This document shows positions 60,254 to 64,000 of a DNA stretch of 64,000 bases, piece after piece. Source of the stretch: Saprospiraceae bacterium (lineage in GTDB: Bacteria > Bacteroidota > Bacteroidia > Chitinophagales > Saprospiraceae). Location: the NCBI GenBank assembly GCA_041741095.1, contig JBGSKQ010000080.1, positions 15,850 through 79,849 on the forward strand, read 5' to 3'. The position numbers were made by a program, and so were the translations under genes. Every line of letters begins with the position of its first letter. Positions within the stretch are counted from its first letter, which is position 1. The notes below the pieces were generated by a model. That model saw nothing but the letters and a program-made list of their open reading frames with translations, did no database searches and was not told the origin of the DNA.

Positions 60254-62314
60254 TTAAAATGAAAAGACTATCAATTTTCTTACTTTTGATTTCCCATTTT
60301 CATCGTTTGCGATGATAAAATAAACCCCGGGTGGGATGCCTGAAAGTTCTATTGTTTCCTTTAATTCATTGCTGCGATTTACTTTCCTGAGCAAGTTCCC
60401 CTGAGGAGTGCAGACATCAATAGAAGTAATTTTTTGCCATTCTTCGCCTAATTGAATGTTGACTGAACCATTGGATGGATTAGGAAATAATTCAAAATCT
60501 AAAAATTGACTTGATTTTTCAATAGTATAGCTAACCCCGCAATTTTCAGCGGTAGTTGGAGCGTACTTTGCTAAAACTCCTGTTTTAGAATCTGCGATGT
60601 AATAGGATAAATAGCCTAAATCAGCTGATATCATGGATAAACTAAACATCGTTAAATCAGTTAATCCACATGATTGGAGATTCCAAGTTAAACCACCATC
60701 AATAGTGCCCAATACTTTCCCGAATAGCCCACGTGCCCATCCAATTTTTGGAGTGACAAATTGAATCTCATTTATTCGTTCTTCCTCATTTGATTCATAT
60801 TGTATTTCCCATGTCATGCCACCATCAGTAGTATGCAGGATGGCATTTACACCAGCTATCCAACCTTCGTTTTTATTGATGAAGCAAATATCGAAAGGGC
60901 CATGTTCACCCGGCAAGGTTGAAACGGTCCACGTATGTCCTCCATCCAAACTTTTTGCTAAATAAGCAGGGAAATAAGGTTGATTTTCATTTTCATAACC
61001 GGACACAAAAATTGTCAGCGAATCAAGTGCGAAGACATCTGTAGCATAGGTAATAGCAGGTACATCAATAATTGACCAGGTTAAACCTCCATCCGTTGTT
61101 TTGCTCAAATCATCATATTTGCCGCTTCCAAAAATTGTCAAAGAATCAACAATGTCTATCCTGAAAAGATTTGGCTCGCTTTCAATTTTTATGAAATCCC
61201 AAGAGTCGCCTCCATTATTAGTTTTAAGTACATGAATTTCTTCGTTATAGTCAAAAACTCTAACGACTCCAATCTCATCGTTTAGAAAATCAATTTCCCC
61301 CATAGAAGGAGAACCAGAAAATTGAATTTGTAGATTCCAAGATTGCCCCCCGTCAACAGTTTTGTATAGAGATTTATCTGTTGCTGCCCAGCCAACTTGA
61401 GCACTGCTAAAGAAAATATACCTGAATAAATCGGAGCTATCCTCATATATGGTATGAAAGTATTGAGGCTCACTTACTGGAACTGTTTTTATTTTTTCAT
61501 AAACAACAGGCAGGCAATCAGTACCAGCGATCAGATGAACTTCATAGCATCCTGCATTGGCATAAGCGTGCATGGGATTTTCTTCGGTGGAAATGGTTCC
61601 ATCTCCGAAACGCCATAAATAACTATCAGCATCTTTACTCTGGTTTTGAAAATGAATAAATTCGTTTTCACAATACCATGTAAAAGACGGTTTTGGTGGA
61701 TTGCAAAGCAAGGAATCGCAATCTAATCCGGCATCATTATTATAGTAAAGAATTCCGGATTTATCCCTTGCGCAAACAAATTCCTGCCATCCGCCATCAA
61801 TGTCCTTAGCTCGTTGAAATCCATATCGAATATCACCTATACCATCAATCCAAAATTGCTCATAGGATGGCCAATTGTTTGGGGGTAATGCCTCTAATTT
61901 CAGGTATTTTCTGGTTTCACCGTTGAGCAATGAAATTTGTCCAGTTTCAACAACTTTGGAATCCGGCCAATTAGTCAAGTCTATGGTGTCGCCTACCTCC
62001 AGTGAAAAATCATATTGTAGAGTCCCATTGCTGCATGGATTGAGAAAACTATTGAAATAGATTTTACCGCTATCATAACGCATTAACAGCAGGCCATAAG
62101 GTTCGGCTATTTCTTGAAATACATGAAAAAGCTTATTGCATAAAACCGTATCCCAAACGTACTCAATAGATTCATTTCTATCCGGGCTATTGATCCAAGG
62201 AACATGATAATTAGACCCTATAGCTAACCCTTCAGTTGGGAAGGCAACCAATTGTGAATGCACAATTGGTTGAAAGGAAAAATAAAGGAAGAGATGTAAA
62301 ATAATTTTTTTCAT
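60254..62314 (-). CDS. T9SS type A sorting domain protein with PKD domain and BNR/Asp-box (Ycf48/sortilin-like propeller) repeats
   Basis: Six Asp-box motifs are present: TVDGGQSW, TNNGGDSW, TTDGGLTW, SLDGGHTW, TTDGGMTW and TIDGGLTW. The PKD-like motif is YLWRFGDGT. The C-terminal tail is LFPNPSNGSVNIQL...GVYFIIANDENGKSKVRKLIV. Composition is AT-rich relative to neighbouring genes. Confidence 0.85.
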   Translation of the reverse strand: MKKIILHLFLYFSFQPIVHSQLVAFPTEGLAIGSNYHVPWINSPDRNESIEYVWDTVLCNKLFHVFQEIAEPYGLLLMRYDSGKIYFNSFLNPCSNGTLQYDFSLEVGDTIDLTNWPDSKVVETGQISLLNGETRKYLKLEALPPNNWPSYEQFWIDGIGDIRYGFQRAKDIDGGWQEFVCARDKSGILYYNNDAGLDCDSLLCNPPKPSFTWYCENEFIHFQNQSKDADSYLWRFGDGTISTEENPMHAYANAGCYEVHLIAGTDCLPVVYEKIKTVPVSEPQYFHTIYEDSSDLFRYIFFSSAQVGWAATDKSLYKTVDGGQSWNLQIQFSGSPSMGEIDFLNDEIGVVRVFDYNEEIHVLKTNNGGDSWDFIKIESEPNLFRIDIVDSLTIFGSGKYDDLSKTTDGGLTWSIIDVPAITYATDVFALDSLTIFVSGYENENQPYFPAYLAKSLDGGHTWTVSTLPGEHGPFDICFINKNEGWIAGVNAILHTTDGGMTWEIQYESNEEERINEIQFVTPKIGWARGLFGKVLGTIDGGLTWNLQSCGLTDLTMFSLSMISADLGYLSYYIADSKTGVLAKYAPTTAENCGVSYTIEKSSQFLDFELFPNPSNGSVNIQLGEEWQKITSIDVCTPQGNLLRKVNRSNELKETIELSGIPPGVYFIIANDENGKSKVRKLIVFSF

Positions 62315-62450
62315 AGCTATAAAACTTAAATTCGAGAAAGTCTAATGAATTCAAAGGACGCAATTTAGTTAAAATCTTGGAGCCTGGTTATATTCGTTTA
62401 ACGATTTTCCTTCCTTTCGATTTTCATCAGTTTCTGGGTTATTTCAAAAC

Positions 62451-62483
62451 AAAAAAAGCCCCCCCGACATGCGGAGAGGCTTT
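62451..62483 (-). terminator. intrinsic terminator of groEL
   Basis: On the minus strand, AGCCTCTCC-gcatgtc-GGGGGGGCT (9 bp with two G-U pairs) is followed by TTTTTTTGTTTT. It lies 30 nt after the stop codon. Confidence 0.65.
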
Positions 62484-62512
62484 TATACCTAAAACAATGA
62501 GTTGTTCTGCTA

Positions 62513-64000
62513 TTACATCATGCCACCCATGCCGCCGCCTGGAGGCATGTGGGCGTGTGCAGCTTCTTTTTCCGGTTTGTCGTTGATGACGCACTCGGTC
62601 ATCAGCACCATGCCGGCGATGGAAGCAGCATTTTCGAGGGCCACACGGGTCACCTTCGTTGGGTCAATGACGCCTGCTTTTTTCAGGTCTTCATACACGC
62701 CTGTGCGGGCGTTGAAGCCAGTGGCGCCTTTGCTGCCTGCTACTTTTTGGAAGACCACGCTTCCTTCTTCGCCTGAGTTTTCGGCAATCACCCGAATGGG
62801 CGATTCGAGCGACTTGCGCACGATGTTCACACCGATGTTTTCATCTTCGTTGATGCCTTTCACGCCTTCGAGCGAAGCAATGGCACGAACCAGGGCCACA
62901 CCGCCGCCAGCCACGATGCCTTCCTCAATGGCGGCACGGGTAGCGTGCAGGGCGTCGTCCACACGGTCTTTCTTTTCTTTCATTTCCACTTCGGTAGGAG
63001 CGCCTACGTTCAGCACTGCTACGCCACCTGCCAATTTGGCGAGGCGCTCTTGCAGTTTCTCTTTGTCGTAGTCGGAAGTGGTCGCTTCTATTTGCTGTTT
63101 GATCTGGTTGATACGGGCAGTGATTTCTTTCTTCTGGCCCTTGCCGTTCACGATGGTCGTGTTGTCTTTGTCAATGGAAATTTTTTCGCAACGGCCCAGC
63201 TCTTGCAGGGTCGTATTCTCCAGTTTGTAGCCTTTTTCTTCTGAAATCACGGTGCCACCTGTCAAAATGGCAATGTCTTCCAACATGGCCTTGCGGCGGT
63301 CGCCAAAACCAGGAGCTTTCACGGCCACGATTTTCAGGCCACCACGCAGACGGTTGACCACCAATACGCCAAGTGCCTGACTTTCAACGTCTTCTGCAAT
63401 GATGAGCAGCGGACGGCCAGAACCGGCCACTTTTTCCAAAATTGGAAGGATTTCCTGCAGGTTGGAGATTTTCTTGTCGTGGATGAGGATGTAAGGTTCT
63501 TCATATTCTGTGATCATGTCCTCGGCATTGGTCACAAAGTAAGGCGACAAGTATCCACGGTCGAACTGCATACCCAGCACTTCCTCCATGAAGGTTTCGG
63601 TACCTTTTGCTTCTTCCACAGTGATAACGCCGTCTTTGGACACTTTCTTCATCGCCTCGGCAATCAAGGAACCGATTTCCTCGTCGTTGTTGGCGGAGAT
63701 GGCAGCTACTTGCTGGATTTTCTTGAAGTCGTCACCGATTTTTTCGGATTGTTTTTTCAAATCCTCTACGACCACTTTCACGGCACGGTCAATGCCACGC
63801 TTCAGGTCCATCGGGTTGGCACCGGCGGCCACGTTTTTCAGGCCGGCGGTAATCATGGCTTGGGCCAAAACGGTAGCAGTGGTAGTACCATCGCCAGCGA
63901 TATCGCTGGTTTTGCTGGCCACTTCTTTCACCATTTGGGCACCCATGTTTTCCACTGGATCTTCCAGTTCGATTTCTTTTGCCACGGAAACGCCGTCCTT
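62513..64000 (-). CDS. groL: chaperonin GroEL (N-terminus off-window)
   Basis: The frame is open to nt 64000 ([48 protein letters not shown]). The C-terminal tail is GGM-type ([11 protein letters not shown]). Confidence 0.97.
   Translation of the reverse strand, partial: KDGVSVAKEIELEDPVENMGAQMVKEVASKTSDIAGDGTTTATVLAQAMITAGLKNVAAGANPMDLKRGIDRAVKVVVEDLKKQSEKIGDDFKKIQQVAAISANNDEEIGSLIAEAMKKVSKDGVITVEEAKGTETFMEEVLGMQFDRGYLSPYFVTNAEDMITEYEEPYILIHDKKISNLQEILPILEKVAGSGRPLLIIAEDVESQALGVLVVNRLRGGLKIVAVKAPGFGDRRKAMLEDIAILTGGTVISEEKGYKLENTTLQELGRCEKISIDKDNTTIVNGKGQKKEITARINQIKQQIEATTSDYDKEKLQERLAKLAGGVAVLNVGAPTEVEMKEKKDRVDDALHATRAAIEEGIVAGGGVALVRAIASLEGVKGINEDENIGVNIVRKSLESPIRVIAENSGEEGSVVFQKVAGSKGATGFNARTGVYEDLKKAGVIDPTKVTRVALENAASIAGMVLMTECVINDKPEKEAAHAHMPPGGGMGGMM

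Overview
This 64-kb chromosomal window comes from a Bacteroidota genome. The evidence is T9SS type A and type B sorting domains, SprB-repeat adhesins, and a propeller-type hybrid two-component regulator with an AraC output. Finer taxonomy cannot be set without a database search. I count about 47 credible protein-coding genes. Reading by eye, I found no rRNA, tRNA, CRISPR array, integrase or transposase.

Layout:
- nt 1-890: 3' end of a SprB-repeat/T9SS type B protein.
- nt 1033-10035: six consecutive plus-strand ion/solute transporters.
- nt 10048-12505: a TAT-signal Gfo/Idh/MocA oxidoreductase and a PaiB-like gene.
- nt 12.7-18.6 kb: a low-GC two-gene island. It encodes an MBL-fold hydrolase and a 1562-aa trypsin-like protease/P-loop NTPase giant protein.
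- nt 18660-22937: a 1425-aa hybrid sensor kinase/response regulator/AraC gene.
- Housekeeping and envelope genes: GATase1, PA14-OmpA, tRNA m6A methyltransferase, VanZ-like.
- nt 30.6-37.2 kb: an ABC transporter locus split by a T9SS cargo gene and an Rpn-like fragment.
- nt 38706-45929: a 2407-aa SprB-repeat adhesin.
- nt 46.2-50.8 kb: an operon-like run of thioesterase, arginine deiminase, FAD oxidoreductase, aldo/keto reductase and GT2.
- nt 51.8-58.5 kb: an ECF sigma/anti-sigma pair converging on a secreted, membrane-anchored TPR-CHAT protein and its 603-aa partner.
- nt 59.3-64.0 kb: glutaminase, a low-GC BNR/PKD T9SS type A cargo gene, and groEL (5' end off-window).

The best candidate for a defence-type system is the MBL + protease/NTPase island. 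From memory it resembles AVAST type 1, but it lacks a third gene. Homology is unverified.

A second window-wide signal is that many intergenic spacers carry arrays of degenerate tandem heptamers, often as inverted pairs that form long hairpins. There are also several rod-like nested palindromic elements.
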